A stretch of 64,000 bases of DNA from Candidatus Doudnabacteria bacterium. GTDB taxonomy: Bacteria > Patescibacteriota > Doudnabacteria > UBA920. The notes under the pieces are model-generated. The model made no database searches. It was not told where the DNA came from and saw only the letters and a program-made list of their open reading frames with translations. Shown here in pieces: positions 45,075 through 55,296 of the stretch. The stretch is from positions 4,974-68,973 of the forward strand of contig JACRDK010000010.1 in NCBI GenBank assembly GCA_016218585.1, read 5' to 3'. Positions within the stretch are counted from its first letter, which is position 1. Each line of letters opens with the position of its first letter. The translations under genes were made by a program, and so were the position numbers.

Positions 45075-46826
45075 ATGAATAGTGAAACAGGAAAAAACTT
45101 AATAAATCATTTGTTGTCCAGCGCGCTTTCGGACTTAAAATTAACCTCCCATTTGGATAGTTTGGATATTAAGGTGCCAAATAGCGAGTTTGGGGATTAT
45201 TCTTCAAATGCGGCTTTGGTTTTGGCTAAAAAAGTTAAACAAAACCCGAAAGTTGTAGCAGCCAAGATTATTGAAGAAATAGCAAAAAACGAGTCTTTTA
45301 AAGACTTGGTAACAATGAAGGAACAGGGCGGGTTTATTAATTTTACTTTTACCCCAAAATATCTAACGGAAAATTTAAATAAAATTTTAGAACAAGGGGA
45401 TTTATACGGTTGTTCGGTTTCAGGCCAGGGTAAAACAGTGGTGGTGGAATATTTCCAGAATAATGTAGCAAAACCGCCGCATGTGGGGCATTTGCGCTCC
45501 GCGGTTATCGGCGACTGCTTGTTGCGAGTCTTAAAATCACAAGGATATAAGGCGGTTTCTGATACGCATATTGGCGATTGGGGGACGCAGTTTGGTATTT
45601 TGCTTTTTGCATATAAGGAATATTTAAAAAGCGGCGGAGATAAAAAACAAATTGAAGCTGATCCGATTTCCGAATTAAATAAGCTTTATGTCGGAATGTC
45701 TGCAAAAATTGAAAGCGAGCCGGAGCTGCGTGACCAAGGAAAAGAAGAATTCGCTAAATTGGAAAAAGGCGATACGGAAAATCGGGAATTGTGGCAGTGG
45801 TTTGTTCGCGTGTCTTTGGCGGACTTTGAAAATTATAGAAAAATTTTAGACATTTTACCGTTTGACCATAACTTGGGCGAGAGCTTTTACGAAGATAAAA
45901 TGCCGGCCATATTAGCCGACTTAAAGCAAAAAAATTTGCTTTCTGAGTCGGAAGGCGCTCAGGTGGTAAATTTAGAAGAACAAAAATTGGGAGTGGCTGT
46001 GCTGGTAAAGTCCGACGGGGCAACAACTTATTTGACCCGCGACGTCGCCACAATAAAATACAGAGTGGAAGAAATGAAACTGGAAAAAATGTTGTATGTG
46101 GTAGACAACCGACAGTCGCACCACTTTGATCAGTTGTTTGAAATTGCCAAACAGGCAAAATATGTGCCGGAAGCCCATACCGCTGAACATGTAGATTTTG
46201 GTTTTATGTCTTTGCCGGAAGGAGCAATTTCCACCCGCAAAGGAACAACCATTAGTTTAAAGAATTTAATAGAAGAAGCGCGCAAGCGGGCTGCGCAAAT
46301 TATTGAAGAAAAAAATCCGGGATTGGAAAATAAACAGGCAGTGGCGGAGCAAGTTGCACTGGCAGCAATAAAATATTTTGACTTGTCGCATAATCGGAAA
46401 ACGGAAATTATTTTTACTTGGGACAAGGCGCTTAGTTTTGAAGGAAACACCGGACCTTACTTGCAATATACTCACGCGAGAATTAATGGAATTCTACGCA
46501 AAGTTGTGAGTAGCGAATCCAGAGTTGAGAGCGAACTAGCAACTAGCAACTCGCAACTAGCAACTCCCGAGCTTGCTGTTTTGCGCAAACTGGTTTTATA
46601 TCCGGAGGTTGTGGCGCAGGTGGCAAAAGATTATTTGCCCAACGGTTTATGCAATTATTTGTTTGAACTTTCCCAAGAATTTAACTCATTCTACCAGGCG
46701 GTGCCGGTGGCGCAGGAACAAGATTTAAAGATTAGAGATTTTAGACTGCAGTTAATTACCGCCACGGCCCAGGTGTTAAGAAACGGCCTTTATCTTTTGG
46801 GAATTGAAGCTCCGGAAGAAATGTAA
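45075..46826 (+). CDS. argS: Arginine--tRNA ligase
   Basis: PPHVGHLRSAVIGDCLLRV HIGH region, C-terminal DALR domain; contains a short in-frame tandem repeat (ATSNSQLATPELA) at 46531-46567. Confidence 0.95.
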   Translation: MNSETGKNLINHLLSSALSDLKLTSHLDSLDIKVPNSEFGDYSSNAALVLAKKVKQNPKVVAAKIIEEIAKNESFKDLVTMKEQGGFINFTFTPKYLTENLNKILEQGDLYGCSVSGQGKTVVVEYFQNNVAKPPHVGHLRSAVIGDCLLRVLKSQGYKAVSDTHIGDWGTQFGILLFAYKEYLKSGGDKKQIEADPISELNKLYVGMSAKIESEPELRDQGKEEFAKLEKGDTENRELWQWFVRVSLADFENYRKILDILPFDHNLGESFYEDKMPAILADLKQKNLLSESEGAQVVNLEEQKLGVAVLVKSDGATTYLTRDVATIKYRVEEMKLEKMLYVVDNRQSHHFDQLFEIAKQAKYVPEAHTAEHVDFGFMSLPEGAISTRKGTTISLKNLIEEARKRAAQIIEEKNPGLENKQAVAEQVALAAIKYFDLSHNRKTEIIFTWDKALSFEGNTGPYLQYTHARINGILRKVVSSESRVESELATSNSQLATPELAVLRKLVLYPEVVAQVAKDYLPNGLCNYLFELSQEFNSFYQAVPVAQEQDLKIRDFRLQLITATAQVLRNGLYLLGIEAPEEM

Positions 46827-46942
46827 ATCGCGGATACGCAGATGGGGGCAGATAATACGGATAAAAAATCAAATTAGATATTATGTGCAGGCAAATTTAA
46901 AAACCCCTAAGGTTTAAACACATAACAGGTAAATTTAGGTTT

Positions 46943-47641
46943 ATGGAAAAATCGGTAAACGGAAGGGAGATTGAGCGTCCGCAGTTTTCTCTTAAGGATT
47001 TATTTAAATCTTTAAAAAAAGAAACACCATACGGTAGCTTGATTTCAGATCAAATAGAGAATGATGGCAATAAAATTTCCACCCCTTATAGTTTTAAAAC
47101 AACAGAATGGCTACAGGATCAACATTTGTTGCAGCAATTTCCAGAAATTCAAAAAGATCGGGATTATATAAAAGGCAGGCTATCTAGTTCTGTATTAGTA
47201 GACTTAGGTGGGGGTAGGTCGTTAATGAAAACAGTTGCTAAGTCTTACGGCAGCTTGGGGTATATAAACACCGACCTAAATTCTGAGAGCGATGAAGTTG
47301 TTGATCCATTTAGTAAGGAGGGTCAAGAAATTTTACTAAATGGTACTGACGAGTTTCGAAGTGTTTTAGTAAAAATGGATATGCTAGATTTCGTTTCGCG
47401 ATTGCCAGACAATTCTGTAAACTTTACCGCCAATGGCATTGACAATTTCATTATAGGAAGAGGAAAGTACAATAATGCGTTAGCAAAAGAAATTACTCGC
47501 ACTTTGAAGCCCGGAGGAATTATTTTTGGAAATGATATGAGTGCGATCGAAGATGAATTATGTGAGCTTTTAAACGAAGTTCCTAACTCCTTTCCTAGAA
47601 GAGTTCAAAGGCCCTATTTAAAAATTTTTGAGAAATTATAG
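46943..47641 (+). CDS. Putative class I SAM-dependent methyltransferase
   Basis: VLVDLGGGRS (motif I-like), GYINTD, LKPGGIIF; overlaps ileS start by 14 nt. Confidence 0.45.
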   Translation: MEKSVNGREIERPQFSLKDLFKSLKKETPYGSLISDQIENDGNKISTPYSFKTTEWLQDQHLLQQFPEIQKDRDYIKGRLSSSVLVDLGGGRSLMKTVAKSYGSLGYINTDLNSESDEVVDPFSKEGQEILLNGTDEFRSVLVKMDMLDFVSRLPDNSVNFTANGIDNFIIGRGKYNNALAKEITRTLKPGGIIFGNDMSAIEDELCELLNEVPNSFPRRVQRPYLKIFEKL

Positions 47642-50600
47642 TAATTTTATGAATATCGAAGAAAAAAAACTACCTACGCCGCCGGCTGGCGGGCCGCCGA
47701 ATTTTAACGAACTGGAAAAAACAGTTTTAAAATTTTGGGACGACAATAAAATTTTTGAAAAATCTTTAGAGGCGACTAAGAATAATGAGCCGTACATTTT
47801 TTATGACGGGCCGCCTTTTGCTACTGGCTTGCCGCACTACGGGCATATTTTAGCTTCTACTATAAAAGACGCCATTCCGCGCTATCAGACAATGAAAGGG
47901 CATTTTGTCCGCCGCCGCTGGGGCTGGGATTGCCACGGTTTGCCCATTGAAAATATTGTTGAGCAGAATTTAAAAATTTCCGGAAAAAAACAAATTGAAG
48001 AATTGGGCGTGGAGCGCTTTAACAAAGTTTGCCGCGACAATGTTTTAAAGTTTGTGGAAGAATGGGGCAAGACCGTACACCGCATGGGCCGCTGGGTAAA
48101 TTTTGAAGATTCCTACAAAACCATGGATACCAGCTATATGGAATCGGTCTGGTGGGCCTTAAAACAAATTTGGGACAAGGGGTTGGTTTATGAAGACCGC
48201 AAGGTTTTGCTTTATTGCTCCCGCTGCGAAACCCCTATTTCCAATTTTGAAGTAGCAATGGACAACAGCTATAGAGACGTAACCGAAGAATCGGTTTACG
48301 CCAAGTTTAAGCTGCTCCCGCGCCAAAGAATTGTAAACGATTTAACCAACGACAAAACTTACTGCTTAGCCTGGACTACCACGCCCTGGACGCTGCCCGG
48401 CAACACCTCCTTGAATATTGGCCCGCAAATTACTTACGTAATGATAGAACAGGAAAATGGAGAGCGCTATATTTTGGCTAAAGACCGCCTTTCGGTAATT
48501 GACGGCGCGTATGAAAGCATTGCGGAATTTCCGGCCCGCGCTTTGGAAGGGTTGTCTTATGAACCTCTTTATCCCGGAGTAATTACCGATCCGAACAATA
48601 AAGCCCACAGAATTTATTCCGCGGAGTTTGTTACTACTGAAGATGGAACCGGAATCGTCCATAACGCCGCTATGTACGGCGAGGACGACTATAAACTCGC
48701 TAAAGACAAAGGGCTTCCCCGGGTAGATATGCTTGACCATAAGGGCCAGTACTTAGAAATAGCGCCGGAAAATTTGCGCGGCGTGTTCTTTAAGGACGCG
48801 GACAAAATTATTTTAAAGGAACTCGCGGAAGCCGGAAAAATTTATAAAACTCAGAGTTATATGCACTCTTACCCGCATTGCTATCGCTGCGGGACGCCGT
48901 TGTTTTATAATGCTTTGCCGGCCTGGTTTATTAATATTCAAAAAGTAAAAGGCGATTTAATAAAGAACAACCAAAATATTAATTGGTACCCGGAGCACTT
49001 AAAAGAAGGGCGTTTTGGCAAGAGTATGGAGCAGGCGCCGGACTGGAATATTTCTCGCAATCGCTATTGGGCTACGGCTTTGCCGTTTTGGAAATGTGAA
49101 TCGTCCGAATGTGGTCATGTTACTTGTATTGGCTCAATTAAAGAGCTGCGTGATAATTCAACAAATTTTGCGGAAGTATACCCGGACGCTGAATCAAGAA
49201 TCAAGAATCAAGAATCAAGCGATGCAAACCTTAATTCTCAATTCATAATTCATAATTCCGATCCTGATCTTCATCGCCCATACATTGACCGCATAAAATT
49301 AAAATGCGAAAAGTGCGGCTCGGCTATGAACCGCGTGCCGGAAGTGGTGGATTGCTGGGTAGAATCCGCTTCTATGCCTTTTGCCGAACTTCACTATCCA
49401 TTTGAACATAACGCGGAAGGACGCGGAACTACTGCAATCGCGGAAGGGCCCGGAAAGGATCCGGAAGATTTCAAAAATCGTTTTCCTGCGGATTTTGTGG
49501 CGGAATACATTGCCCAGACCCGCGCTTGGTTTTACGTTATGCACGTAGTCTCCACCACTATATTCGAAACAGCGCCGTTTAAAAATGTTGTTACAACCGG
49601 AAATATTTTGGCCGAGGACGGCAGCAAAATGTCCAAGAGCAAAAATAATTTCCCCGACCCATGGATACTAATTGAAAAATATGGCATAGATGCCATCCGT
49701 TTTTATTTGCTAACCACGCCGGTTATGAACGGCGATGATTTAAGTTTTTCGGAAAAAGGAGTTTCTGAAACTAGCCGCAAAGTTAACTTGCTGTTCTACA
49801 ATGTCTGGAGTTTTTACCGCATGTACACGAAAGAGACGATTGGTTCTCAAATTCCAAGCTCTGAAAACATTTTAGACAGATGGATCCTTTCGGCGCTGGC
49901 CGGTTTGCAGGCGGAAGTTACAAAGCAAATGGATGCTTACAACACCGTTCGCGCAGGGAAGGCGATGGTAGATTTTATCAATGACCTGTCTACCTGGTAT
50001 TTGCGCCGCAGCCGCGACCGAATAAAGCAGCCTGAAACCGCCAAAGAAGCTTTAAATACTTTGGGTTTTGTTTTGGCGGAAACCGCAAAACTGCTCGCTC
50101 CGTTTATGCCATTTTTGTCCGACTTTATTTATAAAGATATAACCGGCCAAGAATCGGTGCATTTAGCGCAATGGTCTGGCGGTTATAATCAGCTAGTAAA
50201 TCCGGCTATTGAAGCGGGGATGCAGACCGTAAGAGAAATTGTTTCTTTGGGTCTTGCCGTAAGAAAAGATAAAGCTATGCCTGTAAGGCAGCCTTTGCGC
50301 GCCGCCGCTTTTAAGCTAAAAAGCGGGTCGGTTGAATTGGCTCCTGAATTTATGCAGCTGATTTTAGAAGAGTTGAATGTTAAAAAAATTGATATTGAAT
50401 TATTAGATAAAGATTTGCGCCCCCAAGGCACGGTAGTGGTGCCAGGCAGCAATGCTATTGATAATTTCTATTTAGATTTAAATTTAAATGCCGAACTTAA
50501 AGCGGAAGGAGTTGCCAGAGAACTGGAACGCCAGGTGCAGGATTTAAGGAAAAAAAGCGGGCTAAAAGTAGGCGAGCTGGTGGATTTATATTACAACACC

Positions 50601-50756
50601 CAGGATTCAAAGCTGGAAGAACCGCTGTTAAAATTACTTGACCGCAAGAAAACTTTTGTAAACCAAATTGCCAAGAGCTTTGAAATAGAAGTGGACTTTG
50701 AAGTGCAGGCTAAGGTTGAGGGCCAGGCGCTGTGGCTCGGGATAATCAAAATATAA
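47628..50756 (+). CDS. ileS: Isoleucine--tRNA ligase
   Basis: PPFATGLPHYGHIL (HIGH), KMSKSKNN (KMSKS), Zn-binding C-terminus; low-complexity insertion from gaatcaa x3 repeat at 49191-49260. Confidence 0.95.
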   Translation: MRNYSNFMNIEEKKLPTPPAGGPPNFNELEKTVLKFWDDNKIFEKSLEATKNNEPYIFYDGPPFATGLPHYGHILASTIKDAIPRYQTMKGHFVRRRWGWDCHGLPIENIVEQNLKISGKKQIEELGVERFNKVCRDNVLKFVEEWGKTVHRMGRWVNFEDSYKTMDTSYMESVWWALKQIWDKGLVYEDRKVLLYCSRCETPISNFEVAMDNSYRDVTEESVYAKFKLLPRQRIVNDLTNDKTYCLAWTTTPWTLPGNTSLNIGPQITYVMIEQENGERYILAKDRLSVIDGAYESIAEFPARALEGLSYEPLYPGVITDPNNKAHRIYSAEFVTTEDGTGIVHNAAMYGEDDYKLAKDKGLPRVDMLDHKGQYLEIAPENLRGVFFKDADKIILKELAEAGKIYKTQSYMHSYPHCYRCGTPLFYNALPAWFINIQKVKGDLIKNNQNINWYPEHLKEGRFGKSMEQAPDWNISRNRYWATALPFWKCESSECGHVTCIGSIKELRDNSTNFAEVYPDAESRIKNQESSDANLNSQFIIHNSDPDLHRPYIDRIKLKCEKCGSAMNRVPEVVDCWVESASMPFAELHYPFEHNAEGRGTTAIAEGPGKDPEDFKNRFPADFVAEYIAQTRAWFYVMHVVSTTIFETAPFKNVVTTGNILAEDGSKMSKSKNNFPDPWILIEKYGIDAIRFYLLTTPVMNGDDLSFSEKGVSETSRKVNLLFYNVWSFYRMYTKETIGSQIPSSENILDRWILSALAGLQAEVTKQMDAYNTVRAGKAMVDFINDLSTWYLRRSRDRIKQPETAKEALNTLGFVLAETAKLLAPFMPFLSDFIYKDITGQESVHLAQWSGGYNQLVNPAIEAGMQTVREIVSLGLAVRKDKAMPVRQPLRAAAFKLKSGSVELAPEFMQLILEELNVKKIDIELLDKDLRPQGTVVVPGSNAIDNFYLDLNLNAELKAEGVARELERQVQDLRKKSGLKVGELVDLYYNTQDSKLEEPLLKLLDRKKTFVNQIAKSFEIEVDFEVQAKVEGQALWLGIIKI

Positions 50757-50852
50757 TCCGAATGCTACGAATATTGCAATCCTAATTATCCAAAAAAGGG
50801 CTGCAGTTAAATTTCGGAGTATTTTGATAATAATTCGGAGCATTAGGATTAT

Positions 50853-51581
50853 ATGTCCAGAGAAATAAAATACAAAGCTATTATTTTAAAAAAACAGCCG
50901 CTCGGCGAAGGCGATGAAATAATAACTTTTTACAGCAAAGAACAGGGAAAAATTCGAGGCTTGGCCAAATCGGTTAAGTCTGCAAAGTCTAAGTTGCAAC
51001 AGAGTTTGCAGGCTTTGTTTTTGGTTGATTTGGAACTTGCCGGGCGCGGCGGTTTGCCAAAAATTATCGGCGCCCAGCCGGTGAAGGTTTTTATGAATTT
51101 GCGGGAAAATCTGGAAGCTTTAAAAACCGCTTTTGTGGCCGCCGAACTTATTTTAAAGTTTGCTCCCGATGAAGAAAAAAATGAGCGGTTATTTGAAATG
51201 CTTGAGATTTTTTTGGAATTTTTAAACTCCGCCCCAACTAATGAGCAAATGAACTTAGGCTTGGCTAAATTTAAGCTGGCTATTTTAACAGTTTCCGGTT
51301 TTTCCATAATTGCCCCAAAAACAGTTTCAGAGAGCGCCGGGTTATTTTTTTCCGCTGAGAACGGCGGTTTTGTTTCCGGTTTTTCCGGGCGGCCGGTTAA
51401 ACCTTCGGTCTTGCAGCTCTATTTAAATTTAAAACAAATTAGTTTGAAAAATTTGCCTGAAGTAAGTTTTCAACCTTTGGATTTAGCCGAGCTTCAGCAT
51501 ATGCTTTCGGAATTTATTGAATATCAACTGGAACGCCATTTGAAATCGGAAAAGTATTTAAACGCTAAAGACGTGGTATAA
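50853..51581 (+). CDS. recO: DNA repair protein RecO
   Basis: N-terminal OB fold KAIILKKQPLGEGDEIITFYSKEQGKIRGLAKS. Confidence 0.85.
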   Translation: MSREIKYKAIILKKQPLGEGDEIITFYSKEQGKIRGLAKSVKSAKSKLQQSLQALFLVDLELAGRGGLPKIIGAQPVKVFMNLRENLEALKTAFVAAELILKFAPDEEKNERLFEMLEIFLEFLNSAPTNEQMNLGLAKFKLAILTVSGFSIIAPKTVSESAGLFFSAENGGFVSGFSGRPVKPSVLQLYLNLKQISLKNLPEVSFQPLDLAELQHMLSEFIEYQLERHLKSEKYLNAKDVV

Positions 51582-51639
51582 TTTAATAGAAAGCATTTAG
51601 TAGATAGCATATAGAATTTAGAATTAAGAAAGTTTATTT

Positions 51640-53487
51640 ATGGATAACGAACAAATTCCCGGAGACAAACCGCAGGCTGATAATGCGGGTTTTGTAAAAA
51701 AGGCCGTGGAGACGCCAATTTTTGACTCTGCCTTAAGGCAGAAAATTAACAGTTCGCCGGCTGAGACCGGTGGCTGGTCAGGGTTCTACCGGTCAAATAA
51801 ATATTATTTTCTGGCAATTATTGTGGGTTCCATTACTATTGCCGTTCTTGCCTATTTTGCTTTTAAAAAACCTGCCGCAGTTGTTCCAAAAGAGGCAAAT
51901 GTTGCAATAAATATTAGCGTTCCGGATACAGTGCCAAGCGGCAGCGAGGCAATTTACAATATAACCGTACAGAATAATGACAGCCAAAAACTGGTTAATG
52001 CGGAGTTGGAGCTGGTTTATCCGGAAGGAATTACTTATGTTAGCAGCGTGCCGGAAGCGGAAGGCATAACCGGCACAAGATTTGTGGTTCCGGATTTAGT
52101 GCCCGGGCAAAATGCCGCGTTAATAATCAAAACAAAACTTAGCGGCAGCGTTAATGAAAACAAGACTTTGGATGTTAAATTGCATTATCGTTTAGGCAAT
52201 TTTAATTCCGATTTTGTAAAAGACCAAACTGTCACAGTTCGCACGGTTGCGGCCGAAGTATTGGTGGAATTGCAGGGGCCGAAAGATGCCAATAATGCCC
52301 AGCTTATTGTGTATACGGTAAAGTATCAAAATAATTCAGAGAACGACATTAGCAACGCCAGGATAAAATTAACTTATCCGGACGGTTATGCTTTTGCCTC
52401 CGGCAACCCGGCTCCGGATATCGGTTCCGACACCTGGAATATTGGAACTCTGGCCAAAGGGGCGAGCGGGCAGATTCAAATTCAGGGCAGTTTTAATTCG
52501 GTTAATTCAGGCGAATCTAAAACAGCCACAGCCGACTTTTTAGTGTTAGACAGCAATGGCCAGCCGCAAATTCAAAATTCTTCCACTTTCACCACGGCAA
52601 TTGCTAATTTGCCTTTATTAGTTACCCAGGAAATCCAGCCAAATAATAATTCCATTATTAAACCGGGCAGTACAGTTACTTTTAATATTCGTTATCAGAA
52701 TAATGCCAGCACTGCGGCTACCGGTGTTAATGTTGTGGTAACTTTAGATTCCAAAGTTCTTAATTTAGCCAGCCTCAAAGCAGAAAGCGGGCAAATTAAC
52801 AATAATACAATTGTTTGGAACGCCGCCAATGTTCCTAATTTGGAGAATTTGGCTCCAAATGAATCCGGACAGCTGTCATTTAGCGTTCAGGTAAACAGCC
52901 CCGCGGTAAAAGATTCCTCCAAAAATTTAACGGTTGTTTCTAATATTAAAATTAAATCCAACGAATACGAAAACTTTTTCCCCGGCGGCACGCTTACTTT
53001 AAAAGTCTCCAGTCCGTCCAGTATTTCTTCGGATTTGTCTTTTGTCTCCGGACAATTGCCGCCGCAAGTAGGCAAAACCAGCATTTATAAAGTTAAGCTA
53101 TCACTGCTTAACTCTACTAACGATTATTCCAATGGCGTTTTAACAGCCTTTTTGCCGCTTGGCCCGGGAGCTATGGTTTCCGGCAGCGTTACCCCCGGCG
53201 AAGCCAATAATGTGCAGTATGACTCCAGTACCGGCAAGCTAACCTGGAATGTTGGGGCGCTGCCTGCTAACACCGGCAGATTCAGCCAGCCAAAATCTTT
53301 GGAGTTTCAAATAAAGCTGGCTCCGGCTGCGGCTCAGGCCAGCTCTGCTCCGACCCTGGTTAAAACCATAAACTATACCGCAACCGACACCTTTACCGGA
53401 GAAAATATTTCTTTGTCCACTGACAATATTACCACTAATGACTTGTCGGGCAGCGACAACTACGGCAAGGGGATAGTACAGCAGTAG
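51640..53487 (+). CDS. Surface protein with N-terminal TM and repeated DUF11-like beta domains
   Basis: TM YFLAIIVGSITIAVLAYF; repeated Ser/Asn/Thr-rich domains. Confidence 0.6.
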   Translation: MDNEQIPGDKPQADNAGFVKKAVETPIFDSALRQKINSSPAETGGWSGFYRSNKYYFLAIIVGSITIAVLAYFAFKKPAAVVPKEANVAINISVPDTVPSGSEAIYNITVQNNDSQKLVNAELELVYPEGITYVSSVPEAEGITGTRFVVPDLVPGQNAALIIKTKLSGSVNENKTLDVKLHYRLGNFNSDFVKDQTVTVRTVAAEVLVELQGPKDANNAQLIVYTVKYQNNSENDISNARIKLTYPDGYAFASGNPAPDIGSDTWNIGTLAKGASGQIQIQGSFNSVNSGESKTATADFLVLDSNGQPQIQNSSTFTTAIANLPLLVTQEIQPNNNSIIKPGSTVTFNIRYQNNASTAATGVNVVVTLDSKVLNLASLKAESGQINNNTIVWNAANVPNLENLAPNESGQLSFSVQVNSPAVKDSSKNLTVVSNIKIKSNEYENFFPGGTLTLKVSSPSSISSDLSFVSGQLPPQVGKTSIYKVKLSLLNSTNDYSNGVLTAFLPLGPGAMVSGSVTPGEANNVQYDSSTGKLTWNVGALPANTGRFSQPKSLEFQIKLAPAAAQASSAPTLVKTINYTATDTFTGENISLSTDNITTNDLSGSDNYGKGIVQQ

Positions 53488-53615
53488 GGAACTAGGGAGT
53501 TGTTGGTAGTGAGTAGTTTGTAGTTAGTATAGTAGTCTAGCCTTATTAAAATACCCGCTCCGATTCATCGGAGCGGGTATTTGTTTTGCGTAATTCTTGA
53601 TTCGTCGTATGAGTT

Positions 53616-54965
53616 CTATTGATAAATATATCCACGGATGCTGGCATCGTGAATGGAGAGCCAGCGCTGGCTGGTTTTATTAAAGCCAACATAGTTCATT
53701 TCTGAAATTAAGATCTTGCCGTCTTCCACTTTTTCAACATAAGCCACGTGGCCGTAAAGCCTCATGCTGCGGGAGGCATTGCCGGTCATAACTACCGCTG
53801 TTCGCGGGGCTGCTTCCTGGCTTACTACATAGCCGGAGGCTTTAGCATTGGCCAGCCAGTTTTTGGCGTTGCCGCCAAAAGTAATTTTCATTCTTGAGGC
53901 AACATAGTAAGTGCAATATCCTTTAGGGAAAATGTGGTTAACGCCGTCGTAGCCGTCGCCCAGGCTGGTAACCTGGTCTATGCCTGCATTTGGGTTGACT
54001 GTGGTGTTGTTTTTTGGCTTTGTCGGGGTAACTTTGGGCGCCGGAGGAAGGACGATTTGTCCGCCGGGGACAATTATTACGTCTCCCGGGTTAATGTCTT
54101 CCGCGCCGTCTAAAGCGTTATAAGAAATAATTTTTTGCAAAAGGGCGTCTGCCGAATTTTCGCGGATTGTGGCATTGGTGTTGTATTTTTCCGGGTTGTA
54201 AGCGTGAGCAATGTCCGGCAGGGTGTCGTTAGCGGTGGCTTTAACCAAAACGCCGTCTGTGGGCAAAATAATAAGCTGCCAGCCCGGTTTAATTTCCGGG
54301 GCGGTCAGCTTGTTGGCGGACATTATGGTTTGTTGGCTAATGCCAAAATTTTGCGCAATGTTTTTTAAGGTATCACCCTTTTGAGTTTGATAAATTTTAA
54401 CCTGTTTGGCAATTAAGCTCTGGACGCTGTCCGGGTTTGGCGCCAAAATTGTAGACTCGTCGCCTAAGACAATGTCCTGGTGATCGGTAGAAGTTGTTTG
54501 GTTGGAAAGACCCTGGCTGTCCAGTCCCGAGAAATCTTCAGCCATAGCCTGGGGGACAAAACCATTTTTAGAGACCACAGTAACAATGCTGCTGTTTTTA
54601 GCGGCAAGTTTTTGGTTCAAATGAGTATGATGGCTTAAAAAAGTGCTGGCCAGGCTCTGGTCCTGGAAGTTTTTGCCGCTGTTGCTGGAAAAGAACATTA
54701 AATTCATGCCGGCAACTAAAAGACCCAGCAGTAAAACCATGATTTCACTGGAAAATTTCAACACAAAATCCATCCAATCCATTCTTTTTATATGGATGGC
54801 CGGAAAGCTGTCTAAATGTATTTTTTTTAAGCCCGGAGCTCTTTTTTTAATTTGGAAAAAAAGTCTCCTAGAATAATATTGGGCTATGAAGGCTAAGCGG
54901 GAATAGGTGGTTTTTATTCTCTCTAGCCAGGATTTGATGTCTTGAATATTAGTCCCTTTTATCAT
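53616..54965 (-). CDS. LysM + CHAP-domain peptidoglycan hydrolase
   Basis: LysM (YQTQKGDTLKNIAQNFGISQQTIMSANKL); C-terminal CHAP (C in YCTYYVASR, H in YGHVAYV). Confidence 0.8.
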   Translation of the reverse strand: MIKGTNIQDIKSWLERIKTTYSRLAFIAQYYSRRLFFQIKKRAPGLKKIHLDSFPAIHIKRMDWMDFVLKFSSEIMVLLLGLLVAGMNLMFFSSNSGKNFQDQSLASTFLSHHTHLNQKLAAKNSSIVTVVSKNGFVPQAMAEDFSGLDSQGLSNQTTSTDHQDIVLGDESTILAPNPDSVQSLIAKQVKIYQTQKGDTLKNIAQNFGISQQTIMSANKLTAPEIKPGWQLIILPTDGVLVKATANDTLPDIAHAYNPEKYNTNATIRENSADALLQKIISYNALDGAEDINPGDVIIVPGGQIVLPPAPKVTPTKPKNNTTVNPNAGIDQVTSLGDGYDGVNHIFPKGYCTYYVASRMKITFGGNAKNWLANAKASGYVVSQEAAPRTAVVMTGNASRSMRLYGHVAYVEKVEDGKILISEMNYVGFNKTSQRWLSIHDASIRGYIYQ

Positions 54966-55296
54966 TGCCAGGGTCAGAATTTAGCCGACAAGCCCTAGAA
55001 ATGATAATAAATATTTACAGAATTTTGGAGTTGCCGGAAGAGGGGAAAAAGTTTAGCGCCGGAGAAAACAGCTACTGTCTTTTGGGCTAAAAATTTAAAA
55101 TTGCTATAAATATTCTTAATTTGTTAACACTAATTTCCTATCGCTAATTTTACCATTGCAGGGGTCAGGTAGCAAGGTTTTAATCCACAACCAGCCAATT
55201 TAGCTCTTATTTAAGAGGGCTTAAAATCTTTATGGCTTAAATAAGGATAAACTTAGCCATTAGATAGGACAATGCATTTCGTGGTAAAATTAGTTA

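Noticed and set aside
45505-46475. Minus-strand ORFs inside argS
   Set aside because: Antisense to a highly confident aminoacyl-tRNA synthetase gene.
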